DNA of 64,000 nucleotides from Octopus sinensis (Eukaryota): NCBI RefSeq assembly GCF_006345805.1, contig NC_042997.1, positions 103,044,001 to 103,108,000 of the forward strand, read 5' to 3'. Shown piece by piece: positions 27,901 to 40,853 of this stretch (position 1 is its first letter; each line of letters starts with the position of its first letter). The notes under the pieces were generated by a model. It saw only the letters and a program-made list of their open reading frames with translations, ran no database searches and was not told where the DNA came from. The position numbers and the translations under genes were made by a program.

Positions 27901-28394
27901 ATCCGACATTAATGTAGAGTAAATCTCTTCGTGATACATAATTTAAGAGGGATGTTGTTTTTATGTTGGTTCTTTTTTATCCATTTCTAGTGGAAGTAGT
28001 TAGACATGTCTCTTATAGAGTTATAAATCTCTCAGATAATAATACTAACACTCAATACTACATCCATACATCGCTCATATCGTTCAGTATCAAAGTATTT
28101 AATCCTCTCGAATATTTGATTATAAAATAATATTCAATGTTTAGATGAATATAATGTATGTTATTCAGTTTAATTATGCACACTTGCCCATTATTATAAG
28201 GAATAAATCGCTCTACAAATTAGAAAAAGCTTACGCGAACACTAAATGTTCGTCAGTACTAGAAAGGAAGAGAGACACACACAAGGAAAAGACTCCATAG
28301 CTGTATTAAAGACAAACTGCTGTATATCTATCGTTATATCCTTATAGAATCAGTTGTTTCTTCAGTTAACTGTCATATCTGTCAGATCTATAAA

Positions 28395-28473
28395 CTAGCC
28401 ACAATTGCTACAGACAGGAATCGAAATGGTACAGCAGATCTGACAACAATATTTGCAAAGGAATGTAGAACAG
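28395..28473 (-). CDS. Candidate terminal coding exon encoding the Cys-rich peptide (x)CSTFLCKYCCQICCTISIPVCSNCG*
   Basis: Strong T-rich acceptor ...TTTATTTAG. The phase-2 frame has 8 Cys in 25 codons and ends Gly-stop. ATTAAA lies about 220 nt downstream (28174-28169). Confidence 0.55.
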
Positions 28474-29516
28474 CTAAATAAATAAATAAAATAAGATAAA
28501 AATAAAGATAATAACATTTAAATATTTGAATATTGATGGATGAATAAAAGATAAAAGAAATGCTTATGTAACACACTGGCTCTTCGATTAACCACGATTC
28601 GCTTCTTCGGTCCGAGGTTAATCCATTAAACAGGATCAATTATTAAGCCATGTTTAACATTGATACCAAAATACCTCAGCCTTACATCAGTCTAAGCTGC
28701 CGTCTTTACACGTCTAACTAAATTTTTCATCGATTTCCCAACTAGAAATATTTAATCATATATCTGTATTAAATATATCTAGTTACATATTTGTACTTAA
28801 CACATATTTCTCCATTAACCTATCTCGTCCTGCGTTATTAGATAAATTATTTCTTTTATCATATAGTTTGATCTTCTTGAATTTTATAGAAATAAAAGAG
28901 CGTGTTTGCCTAAAGGTCAATTTTGTAGGTAAATTTTGTATAAACAACGAAGTCATTGTCTATAAATGTTTAGGAATTTTAAAAGATATTGAGAAGTTAA
29001 GACATCACGAATGCTTCTGTCTTCATGTAAGCCTGTCTAATGCGCGATAGTTTATTGTAAGTTACTCTTGCTTTAATTATACAGAAAATTAAAATTTCGT
29101 TCACTACTGTAGATTAATATATGACTTCAGGAGAGTACAAAATTTTCCCCAAGTTCCTAATAATCTTGTAAAACGGCATAAATGCTACAAAAGTTCGTGA
29201 ATTTTTATAGGTTTGTATACCGTAGGTAGACTGAGAAATCTAACGTCTTGGTTTTTGGTACTGTTCCTTCATCTGGGGGAGAAATATTTTCATTTGTAAA
29301 ATATTTCTCTCACCCTTTTTCTATCTTCACCTCTCTCTCTCTTGCACAAAACACACACTAACATCCACCACCCGCACACAGAGATAACCACGAAACCTTC
29401 GCTTAAAGAATAATTCAAGTGAACATTGATTTAGATCGTTAAATCAAGGAAATGGCACCTATATGCAGTTAGCTAGGTGAAACATAACAACTGAGTTAAT
29501 ATTTAGCGAAAGCTAA

Positions 29517-29690
29517 GTCGGCGAGCTGGCAGAGTCGTTAGCACGCGAGGCAAAATGCTTTTATCCGACTTTTTGCTCTGAGTTCTAATTCCGTAGAGAG
29601 CCGACTTAACTTTTTCATTCTTTCGAGGACGATGAATTAAGTACCAGTTGATCACTGAGGTTGATATAATTGACTTCCCCATTCCCCAAA
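29517..29690 (+). mobile_element. SINE family B, degenerate
   Basis: GGCGAGCTGGCAGAGTCGTTAGCACG head, homologous to 40621-40853. Other degenerate copies at about 6285-6600(-), 44055-44255, 47100-47265, 54030-54200 and 54710-54897(-). Confidence 0.7.
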
Positions 29691-29769
29691 ACGTGATTGA
29701 CTGTGAAATATGTTTTAATTCCATTATGTCAGATATAAATTTTGATAAATCTGATAAAGTCAATTACTT

Positions 29770-30455
29770 GGATGCAATTTGATCACAGTCTATGGGTCGT
29801 TGTCATGTGTTCTGGTAGTGGGCGGATCCAGCACATCTCGAATTGTAGGGCGTGACATGTTCAATACTGTTTATACTCTCCTTGGATGTTCAAAACAGTC
29901 ATACACTGTCGGTACATGGGGTGCATGATGCGGTTCACAAAAGCCATTGGCATCTGTGCCCACACCTGAGGAAAGTTGACTTCAGTTCCACACAGTTGTC
30001 GGCCTTGGGACCACCTGGTTCAGCCGTCTCTGGATTTCATCCCACAGATGTTAAATTGGGCTCAAATCCGGGTTGAGAGCCGGTCACGGTATGGTTCTGA
30101 TGTTGTGTCGACATAGGAAGTCCATGGTGGCCCTGGCGTGTAGGAGGGAACATTGCCCTGCTGGAACACGTGGCTATGGTGACACGCGAAGAAGGGCACG
30201 ATGTGAGGTCTTAGGATCTGGTCAACGTAGTGCTACGCTGTGATGCCATTCCCTCTGACTGTACCAACATTTTTGGAACACATGGGGTTCAGTTCTCTGA
30301 TTCAGGATTATAGCACCCCAAACCACGAGGCTTTAGCTACTCCACGCGTCTCTCTCCATGACACAAGCATCTCTGTAGCGTTCAATCCTCCTACGCCACA
30401 CCCTCACTCTACCATCCTACATACCCAAGATGGGCATTTTGAATTAAATCGCTTG
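29770..30455 (-). mobile_element. Tc1-family transposase remnant
   Basis: Minus strand DGRVRVWRR, VFQQGN, NPDLSPI*HLWDEI. Confidence 0.7.
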
Positions 30456-30539
30456 GAGGGCTTATTTAAACAATTATCCACCTGCGAAAGACCGGGACAA
30501 ATCCGACCTCCACGCGTAGCGACACCAGTCAAAAGCTTT

Positions 30540-33500
30540 AGATAATCCCTACCCTTGCCAGGAATCCTATTAACCCTCTCTAAGGTATAGCGAATAAGGT
30601 GGAGATTGTCCTGTATGGACCTGTGATAAATGGCGCAAGTTTGCGCCTCCCCGACGTGTCCGCCCACGATCCGCCCTAACCTCTTTGCTAACACCTTGGC
30701 CAAAATCTTCAACTCTGTGTTAAGCAGAATGATGGGCCTAAAATTATCTACTATATCCCCCTTGTTTGAGTCCTTTCTTAGCAGCACCACAACCACCCCC
30801 GACTCACGGATCTAGGTATATATCCACGCTGCCAGTTGGTGTAGACGCATGCTAGTAGGTTACCAAAGTCTGGTATGCTATAATATAGTTCGTAGGGTAG
30901 ACCATCCACTCCCGGCGACTTGTTCCTGCTGCAGTCCGACAAAGCCTCCTCCACCTCCACAGCTGTGATTGGTCCTTCACAGCATTCCGCTTTCCGCCCA
31001 GAGAGATGCGGCAAACCGGTGGGGAGTCCGCGAGGTCCTCCCTACGCTCCTGTCCACCGCCCCTCCCGAACAACTGGGAAAAATGCTCTTGAAAGACCTT
31101 ACACATCTCCTCGGGTTTATCTACCGAGCGCTCATGTTGATCCGTCAAAGACCTTATTGTGACATTATTTCCACGTTGGGTCTCTATCAGATGTACCCAT
31201 CCGACAACATTGATTCCCTCTCGTCCCATTGCACGAAGCTTAGTTTTGACAACGCATACCTCGTGTTTAGCCTCGAGTCATTGGTTGAGCGCCAATCTCG
31301 CAGCTAAAACTTGGGATGCACTGCCAGTCCGCTATGCTTCTTTTAGAGCCTTAGCTAGGCCACTTTCTATTATATTCTTCTTAAATCCTATTTCTTTACT
31401 AAACCTAACAAACTCAGACTTCATGGCTCTTTTGAGGGCATAACAAAATTTGTCGTTAATAATGGATCCGGTTAATGCCCTCATTACTAACTGTCTAATC
31501 CGGCTTCTGTACTCTTCATAAGCCAAAAGTGACTTGCTAAGTTTCCAGTAGCTGGGATCCCGTCTACATAACATACCTAACTCAAGCCTACAGGTCACGA
31601 ATTTGTGATCATTGTAGCTGACGTAATGGAATTGTGGACACCTGACTAAGTCTTTATCATTAATTCTAATTATAATTCTATCTAAGTATGATCTAGAAGA
31701 CCTTTCACTATTAGACCATGACCACAATGGAGTGTCCGGGAATTCTAGTCTGTCTCGATCTGCCAGCTGAAAATGACTGAGCAGACTGCTGAGGCAAGGG
31801 TTTCTCCTCGTGTTGGGATTCGAGCCAACACAATCTACACGTGCATCGCAAATTGTGTTATAGACTCCTACCAACACTAAAGTATGCGACGTTCCTAGAA
31901 ATTTCTCTAGACTTCTGAAATATTCAGACCGCTCAGTTCCACAAGGAGCATAGACAACTCCCAGCTTGACGGTCTTCACACTGTTGTGCGTCACATCAAG
32001 GACGACCAACCTGCTTTCCGGTTCAACAAAGATTGCTCTCATCTCTATCGTCAGACTTTTCCTGAATAGAACTGCGACGCCTCCCTACCCTCTAGGTTGG
32101 CATGGAGAAATGAATTTTTCGTAGCCATTTAGGAGGGGTGAAAAATCCCGCAGTCCACTCAGTCTGGTTTCTGTAGTGACCACTACATCCAACCTATGCG
32201 ACTTGAGGTCATTAAAGTGGCGTCCTTGCTTCCAGTCTGACCCCAGGCCGCGTACATTTATATATCCTACATTAAGGGAGGACAAAAAACTTACCTTAAT
32301 GGAAGAGGTTTGAACCCTCCTCTTCGTCCGTGGTCTGTGGATCTACTTCAATGAATTGGTGGTATATTGACTGGGTGATTTTTTTCCTCAGAGTAACTAC
32401 ACCCTCTGGGAATGATGTTTTAAATTTATGGTGATATTCCAAATTTAATGAAGACAAATCTAACAGTTTTGGGGGACATCCTTGTTTGGAGGATTTCAAA
32501 TGCTTTTAGCAGATATACTTCTTTTTTTAGCTTTGTACGTCTGGTATTATAACACCTGTTTTTTGAGGAGGGATTTGGGGAGTTTGGATATTATGTGTGT
32601 TTGCCTGTGTGAATTTTTCTGTGGGGAAAGGGATAGGTTTAGTGTCTATAGTAGGAAGGGGGTTGGTGTCTGTGGGGACAGGGTGGGGATCAGTGTCTAT
32701 TGCGATACGGTGGGGACGAGTGTCTGTGGGGACAGTTTGGGGAATCTTTTTTTCTTTGACACTATCGTCCATTCACTGTCAGACAATTTCTCCTGTGCTT
32801 CTTTTCTTTTCATTGAAGTATTTTCCTCTGAGCTCTTCTTCACAACTTCAGGAACCGGCGTCGTAGGCGGTGTAGGTGCAGCTGCTTTCACAACTGGTGG
32901 GAGCTCTGGAGTTTTAGGGCGGAGGGTACTCTGCTCTTGTATGGCCTTTCAGGTCACACTTAAAGCAACTTTCAACTTTGTTTCCTGTCCCACCAGTATA
33001 GTGTCAGCAATTTCCTCAAGGTCCTCAAGGGTAGGTTGGATTAGCATTTCTAAACCCTATCCCTCCCAGTTTTGTTGATTGATTTTCGTTGCCTGGAGGA
33101 TTGTTATCTTTTCCTCCAAGTCTAAAATAACAGTGGCCACAAGCCAGCAAGGTCGACCTACTGTAGAATTTTTCGTACTTTACATTGTACGTTTACCAAG
33201 GTATGTTATTTGGAAGATCACCTCATTCGTCTTGAGTGGGGTTGTCGAGTGTTGCTTGGCTATTTCCTCGGTCTTAAACCGCACTTCCACTGTTGCGAAT
33301 ATTTTACCCCTGGCAAGGTATTCAATATCTAGCCCGATGGGCCTCAGACACTTCTCTACTTGGTCTTTTGTTACCATGTCCAGTTTTTCGTCTTTTAATG
33401 AAAACAAATTGAAAATTACGTTTTTCTTACAGTGTTCTGTTATTTCATTGGGACGGGGTCAACTTAATTTCGTGTCCCTCCTTTTGTAACAATCCCTTGT

Positions 33501-33830
33501 ATTTGTCTAGTTCATTTTTCTCAATGGTTATTCTCTTTAGTTATACCGGCTACCGCCGCAAAATTAAATACTTTAAATTCCTTGTTTGTATTATCCGAGT
33601 CTATTTTGTATCCTTTTGTATATTATCCGAGTAATTTTTTGAAGTCATTACCTTGTTCAATCTTTGTACATACTGATTTATCTCTTCCTCAGAAGAATCG
33701 ACGTTAGTTGAACTAATGCTTGAACATATCATTTTAACACACACAAAAAGTTTCCCCTTCAAACAAGGGGGGAAACGTTAACAGTTCTGCCACAAAGCAG
33801 TAGAACAAAAGTGTTTAAAAAATACGATAA
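30540..33830 (-). mobile_element. L1/Tx1-clade LINE (ORF1, APE endonuclease, start of RT), 3'-truncated and degenerate
   Basis: ORF1 at about 33730-32296. ORF2 motifs: INVRGL, TETRL, YLDRI, NDHK, YWKLS, KSPGVDGLPYE, NFRPIILLNTELKILAKVLAKRL. Confidence 0.9.
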
Positions 33831-33919
33831 CAGCTAAGGTTCAACAATAAAATCCAACAATAATAGCAAGTTGTACTAATCAAAAAATATCCAAGAGTGA
33901 ACGGCGTTCAAAATACGAA

Positions 33920-35340
33920 TTACTTTTTTATTAACCACACTGGTCGAAGCACGGAAGGGACAGCACAAAGACAGACAAAAACACAAAAATGGAGGGGAAA
34001 AAAATAAAATCGAATGAAAAGGATGGTAAATAATAAATGAAAAAGCAAAATGACGACTACTCGGGCCCCATATCCCAGGTAACTTCATCGGACTTTTCAA
34101 CCAATTACAAAAACATAGTCTTTTCAAAACAGTTATGTAACTCCACGAATTATAAAAACTAGTGCTTTCAAAATAGTTCTGTAACGGCTACATCGCTGTA
34201 ATTCACTGTTGACGGTAATGCGTGAATGTAAACCTCTTTAAACAAAGAAGCAACATCCATCCTGAATGTTTCCTTCAGTTCACAGTGGTGTTCCCTGTCA
34301 ATTAGGGCACATTTCACATGCTAGGGAAATTCCTCGAGGGAAATTCCTCGAGGGAAATTCCTCGACAGGAAGATTACTGGGTTTTATTTTTTCCATTTCC
34401 TCTACAAGCACAGCGTTCCTTGCATTATACATTACGATAAGGCTCATTTTTGTTTTCATTCTTTTCCTCCTTGAGGCCGTAGGGCATTCGATTTCTGCCA
34501 CTTCTTCAAATTGTGCTCTTGCCTCTTCCGCATTCTCCTTTTCTGTTTTCGCAGGAGATGAGGTGCGGTTACTTTTTCGACTGGTAGGGCCACTGGTGCT
34601 ATTACGGGGAGCGGATGGCATTCTGTTCTTATGTGGCCTTTCTGGCCACACTTCAAGCAACGAGACTTCATGCCTCCACTACAACCCTTAATCTTGTATC
34701 ATTACCCACCAGGATGGTGTCTGCAATATTTTCCAGGTCTTCCGGGACAGCCTGAATAACCACTGCCAGACCCTGCTCTAGCCAGTTCTGATGCGGTATC
34801 TTTGTCGTTTGCAGAATAGTAATTTTCTCCTCCATTTCCAGGATTATAGCAGCCACAATCCAAACAGCTTCGACCTCCGATGGAATTTCTTCCACCCTTA
34901 CCCTGGAAGCACGTCTTCCAAGGTAAATTGGAAATAGAACTACTTCAGCTACTTTAAGGGAGGCCATGAAGTGCTGCCTGGCCTTCTCTTCGGTTATAAG
35001 CCGCACCTCCAACGTTGCATATTTCCTTCCCCTGGCCAGATACGTAATGTCGAGCCAAATGGGATTTAAGCACCTTTCTACCTCCTCCTTCCAAACCCTT
35101 TCTATTTTCTTTTGTTTGATGTCAAACGTTTTAAAAATAATCGTCTTTCTATACTTCGTATAACGTCGTTAGGAGGGAGTCACTTTAACTTCATGCCCCT
35201 CCTTTTTCATTAGGTCTCTGTACTTCTCCAGCTTCTGCCTCTCGAAATTGATCTCTTCCTTGGAAACACCAGCCACAGCTTCAAAATCTTTCACATTTTT
35301 ATCCATGTTAATAGGTTCACAATTTTCAAAATTTCTCTTT
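33920..35340 (-). mobile_element. L1/Tx1-type ORF1-only element
   Basis: YLARGRKYAT, PIYLGRRASRV, RCLKCGQKGHIRTEC knuckle. T-rich 3' UTR with AATAAA near 33930. No ORF2 seen. Confidence 0.65.
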
Positions 35341-35799
35341 CACGTTTAGTATATTTTTAAGGAAAGGAACGACGGAAACCAACCAGGGTCTAAACCAAAC
35401 AGTATTAACACATGTAAATTATTGAGTTTGTTTTAGTGGTACATTAGAATGAGCTGTCACTACCTAGAACAAGCCAGCTTGATGAACAAATCGAAAGATT
35501 TGTACCAACCATTGAAACAGCTGGCCTGTGATGTACTGTGAGATAACTCTTTTGCTGACCGTAACCATGTAAATATGGCAAGAACTGTACATAGAAGGCA
35601 ATAGAGTGTTTAACCAGTTCGCCACCAGCAAGTACGATGATGTGACAGATATCGTGATTGAAAATGTGAGAAAGGCCCTAGAGGCTCAAATGATATATCA
35701 AACGAGATGCTACACAACAATGGTGAAGAGAGATGCATTTCTGTCATCGTTCTTGAAATATGACTTGACGTCTCAAAATGTCGATTGTTCATGTCTTGC

Positions 35800-36850
35800 T
35801 CCGTGTAAATCACCTTTCCGAGAAAAAGCAAACTTAAGAGTATAAGAACAGCCAAACAATCACTCTCATCTATGGTGTTAGTAAGGCGTTGCCACGCATC
35901 AACTTGTAACAAGTAAATCCACTTATATGAATTGAGATTCACAGAGAAAAGGCCGGAGTTTGCAAGGAGTGGTGTAGGAACAACAAGATAACGAATATCT
36001 GTTGGATCACGGTGAAGGAACATAGTAAACAATTGAAGATGTACCTCTTTCACTGATTACGGGAAGGCATTTGACAATATCAACCACGCTGTGAAAATCT
36101 CTTCGCGATATGGGCTTGAAAATTTGTCAGAATAATCTGAACATTACTCTTTATTCAGTACAGCAGGCTATAGTCAATACAGAGAGCAGTAAATGCAACC
36201 AGTTTGACATAGGCAAAGGTATCAAACAAATTTGCATCTTACCAGCGGATTAGTTCAGTTTTTAAAGGGAAATGGGGATCAGTGAGAATAGTTCTGTAAA
36301 ATCATGCCAGTGATGCACCAATCGGTGGTAAATGGATCAGGACGATATGCTGATGACACCACCCTACGTACTGCTTTCCACGTGGAATATGTGAATTAGC
36401 TGCTCCGCATACAGTGACTTGGTTATACCTTCATGACAAAGGTAATGATGGTGGGATCCAGTGAGTTCCTAGTGATTCGGCTCGACACCTAGGTGACCAA
36501 GCTGATCCAAAAATTTTAATATCTATATCAATAGCGATTGCTGCAAAAGCTACAAAATCCGCCGTAGTTTGGGTATGGTTCACTCGATGGGAGACCTGTT
36601 TAAAGTGTGGAAAGATGAGAAACTATCGCGTAATGCAACGCTGCTGGTGAAGAAGTCACTGCATATTATTTTTCAGGTGCTCTCTACAGATTACAGAGAT
36701 GACTGCCAAACGCTGAGCAACGAAGGCAGCTTCGAGATGTCGCATGAGCATCCTATGCATCTTCGTGATGCCGTGTTGGCTTCCTATGCTGCGGCCTCAA
36801 TAGAGAGGAAGCAAAAGAGGCACAGATGTCCAAGAACAAGTAGGTAATGC
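35800..36850 (+). mobile_element. Degenerate RTE-type LINE, RT fragment
   Basis: DYGKAFD (about 36055), IGKGIKQICIL, YADDT (about 36346). Confidence 0.6.
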
Positions 36851-38106
36851 TCTCAGCTTACTAATCATTTGACTATAAGTGTCACCATCAATTCAACAGT
36901 TTCGAATGAATCATATGCTTGAAACTATCCCAAGCCAGTATCTGTGTGGGAGGCAATGTCGGTAGAAGGCTGATGGTGTTAAACAGAGAATTGAAAACTA
37001 TTTAAAATCTACTTGTAACTATCTGCTGAGAACCTCCTCAAGCCCATTCTAATGGCGAGGACTTCTACGATCGTTCTGATGGCGTATGAGTGGTGAGGTG
37101 GTGAAACGGACTGTGGATTCGAATCTAAAAAAATACTTAGCTTTCTTTTGATTTGAATGAAGTGACTGTAGTATAGTATGATCAGTGAACCGAGACGATA
37201 TAACTGATAACTGCGACTTGGTGTAAATTGCATTATTTTGGTGTTATGAGTAAGGAAGATCTGCTTTAAAATTCACAAAGATGAATGTGCTAGCAGATTA
37301 AAATATATTCATTTCTTTCGTTTTGGTAGCGATTTGGTAGTTAATTTCCAAGACAGAAGTCACATTTCTAAGAACCATTCTCCAACGCTGGTGCTTTCTC
37401 TATTGATAATCATGTAATACTGGCAATCTCTTTTATTTATTGATGATCTAAAGTATTTAGAAATTTCTCTGGTATTCTCCAGGTTTTGCGGGCAGTCTCA
37501 TGTCTAGGTGCTGTTGTAGGCGACTTCCGAACTTATTTTCTGTGAATCGTGTGTAGATGGCTCATGTGTTATTAGTGGGAAACTAAGCACCATATACAAT
37601 ACTTTATTCCTTATACATTTGCCTCAGAGTAAAGAACTCTATGTTTATACAATTTCATGTTATTTTTGTTATTTTGGCTTGATTGCAATCTTTGAAATTG
37701 ATTAAGCTAAATTAAATTATTGAATCTACATTCTTATCCTATTCACTTTCTAGTTGATGCAAGCCCTGCTCTTTACTAAACCCTATGCTAAATTACTCCA
37801 TCTCTGTAACTGTACTGTTGCAAAATCATCCTTCTAGAAATCTTAAAACCCCATTTTCTCTTGGGCTACATTAGAGAGACGCATATTTTTTTTATACAAG
37901 CACCTGATAGACTGAGAATAATGGTTCACTTCGGACGCGGGGTTTGAACTCTCGTCATGGTGAGACAAAACTAAATACTTAGAAAACAAAAAAACAAAAA
38001 CATGCAATATACTGATTTGCTGTTTTTGCTACTCATTCCTCTACGTTGTTGACTTAATATTAACTCTATTGGAAAGGCAGAGAGCTGGAAGAAACGTTAG
38101 CCGCCG

Positions 38107-39776
38107 TATTGTATAGTTGGTTGTTTTTACAGTTGTAATTTTGAGTCAGTGTTTTTTAACACTTTGTAAATTGATTTTGCGCTGCTTGCAGCGGTTTTTC
38201 CGGTAGTGCTTTCTCTCCGCTTTAATGAGAGTTAGCCAGGATATTGGCAAAAAGTAAAATGTATTACTCGGACCTTAGTGATACTGAGTTGTACTCTTCA
38301 GAGGAAGAACTGATAATGGCAGTAAAAAAAGATGGACAGAGAATTAGGTAAACATAGCTTTGCGGAAGTGACAAAAGAAAGAAGAAAGGAGGTGAACTTA
38401 TCTAATATTGACAAAGACGGTTAAATGGCGCAGAGAGAGCGGTGTAACGTTGTCACCACCTAAGAAGATATTGGAAGAGATGGAAAAAAGATCGAGGTGT
38501 ATAAGGTATACTCAATAAAAGAAAGAAGATTGGCACATGCGAAGGAGGAGGAAATTGAAAAGGCTTTATGATCGGTAATGAAAGAGATAATATATTTAGG
38601 AGGAGGAACTTGATATGGAACTATTGTAGTCCATTTTAGGACAGAGGAAGTGGCAAGGCAACAGGCAGTGACTACGGCGAGAACAGATAAAGTGGTCCTC
38701 CTATCCATTTATCTTGGAAGAAAGACTTCCAAGATTAGGGTAGAAGGAATCCCACCATATATAGATGTGGCTTGGGTTGCGGCAACAGTCCTACTCGGAA
38801 ATAAGGAAGAGGTGGCTGTCATCAAGGCCACAGAAATAGAAGGAACAAAATGGAATGGCAAGACGCTAGACCTAATAGTTCAAGCGGAAGTGGAAATGCT
38901 GGAAGGACTTGTAGAAACGGTGTCGATCGGAGAGACGGTTCTAAGAGTGTGGGTGAAGGGAAGAGTCCCTCGTTGTTTTAAATATGGCCAGAAGGGCCAC
39001 ATTAGTGCACACTGTACCACACAGAAAGGAGCAGAAAAAGAGGGAAAGGAGCCAGAAAAAATACAGGATATATTGGAGGAAGCGCAGATGAAGGAGGAAA
39101 TATGGACAGTAGCTGGGAAAAAGAGAAAAAAGGACAGAACGAGATGGAACCCCAAACCGCCCCACCCACACTCGCTCTGTCCCACTCTCTACCCGCAGAC
39201 ACTAAACCCACCCATTCCCCTCCTTTACAAAACAAAAAGAAAAAAGGAAGCGAACAGACATTACAGGATTTACAAAAGCCCCCTCCCTGTGAGAATTATT
39301 ATGTTTGTTGACAGAGGAGGCAGAAGGGGACTTGACTTGTGAGGTTAGGAGGTAGAAAAAGGCGAAATTTGTGAATATGGAGGGATTCATAAACATTATA
39401 GGCTTGCAATTGTGTGTACTGGTAACTCAAAGCTAAAAGGATGTGATATCCAAATATATAAAAAAAGGAGTTATATATTGGAGACTGTACGCGGATATTA
39501 ACAAGTTACCAGATAGTTCGAAGTACAAAGACTTAATAAAGGAGCTTGGAGTGGATATATTAAGGGACACACCTTATAAATGGTAAAGGGAAGAAATGAG
39601 GCTGCTTGGTGGGGCAAGTAGTCCATTTTCTTATTCATTTCATTGTCATCATACATGTACATCATGTGTTTTTAATTTAATTTTTATATTTATTTATTTA
39701 TCTGTGTTATTTTCGGATGTCCCCACAAGTGTTGTACTAATAGCTGTGTTTACCCTTTATGGGAAATAAAGAAACG
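38107..39776 (+). mobile_element. L1/Tx1-type ORF1-only element inserted in a SINE-B head
   Basis: ORF 38650-39342 contains SIYLGRKTSKIRV and RCFKYGQKGHISAHC. Ends CCCTTTATGGGAAATAAAGAAA. Imperfect TSD ACGTTAGCCGCCG / ACGTTTGCCCGCCG. Confidence 0.7.
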
Positions 39777-40033
39777 ACGTTTGCCCGCCGGGCGAAATGC
39801 TTAGCGGTATTTCGTCTGCTGTTACGTTCTGAGTTCAAATTCCATCGATGTCGACTTTGCCTTTCATCCTTTCGGGGTCGATAAATTAAGTACTAGTTAC
39901 GCACTGGGGTCGATATAATCGACTTAATCCGTTTGTCTGTCCTTGTTTGTCCTCTCTGTGTTTAGCCCCCTGTGGGTAGTAAAGAAATAGGTATTTCGTC
40001 CGCTGTTACGTTCTGAGTTCAAATTCCACCGAG
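39777..40033 (+). mobile_element. SINE family B body with a partial second unit; its head is displaced to 38074-38106
   Basis: Homologous to 40621-40853 and 56776-57381. Confidence 0.8.
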
Positions 40034-40620
40034 GTTGACTTTGCCTTTCATCCTGACTGAATAGAAAACAAATTTGACACGAGTATTTGAACTCAGAACG
40101 TAAAGTTTCTGGTAAATCTCCATGAATTTTTAAAGTTTGTATAATATCAAACATATTTTAGATAGGCATGAGTGAGCAATTCATTTTTTGAAATTACAGA
40201 CGATGATCATTATTATTCAACTTATTGAATGATTAAACATGTCATCTAAGTACATTAGAACTATATTGTAACATGAGAGTTTGATATAATTCAATAAGAT
40301 TATTCCAATAATTAACGTAGCATTAAATGTAAAAACCAAACAGCTGAACAATCAATTCCTACAGACTACTTAAACATTGAAACCTTATAAAAAAATATAT
40401 AATACACAAGTCTAACCTCACAAAATATGTTGCCTAATATGATTGAAAAAAAAATTATTATCGTCCTCTAAGCAAATGTTGTCAAAGCTCTTTCTATGAC
40501 GCTGTCGACGTGCTTGAGTAAATACATATTTTATACTCAAGGATAGCATTCGTTACTTAACTCTTAGACCAAAAATTTCCTCTCAGACCTTCCCATAGAA
40601 ACGTGCTTGGAAGCGGTTCT

Positions 40621-40853
40621 TATTTCTTTATTGCCCACAACAGGCTAAAGATGGAGGGGACAAACAAGGACAGACAAAGGGATTGAGTCGATTATATCGA
40701 CCCCAGTGCGTAACTGGTACTTATTTAATCGACCCCGAAAGGATGAAAGGCAAAGTCGACCTCGGCGGAATTTGAACTCACAACGTTGCAGCAGACGAAA
40801 TATCGCTAAGCATTTCGCACGGCGCGCTAACATTTCTGCCAGCTCGCCACCTT
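40621..40853 (-). mobile_element. SINE family B, full length
   Basis: tRNA-like head and AATAAAGAAATA tail. About 21-bp TSD at 40599-40620 / 40854-40874. Confidence 0.88.

Noticed and set aside
26000-27950. Possible very old LINE remnant on the minus strand; similar faint Penelope traces at about 14650-14940 and 37300-37900
   Set aside because: Too degenerate to identify a motif or boundaries with confidence.
40190-40435. Several 12-23-nt candidate linking micro-exons on the minus strand; also 29221-29230 and 45304-45325
   Set aside because: Multiple alternative options with weak splice sites. I cannot choose among them without transcript data.
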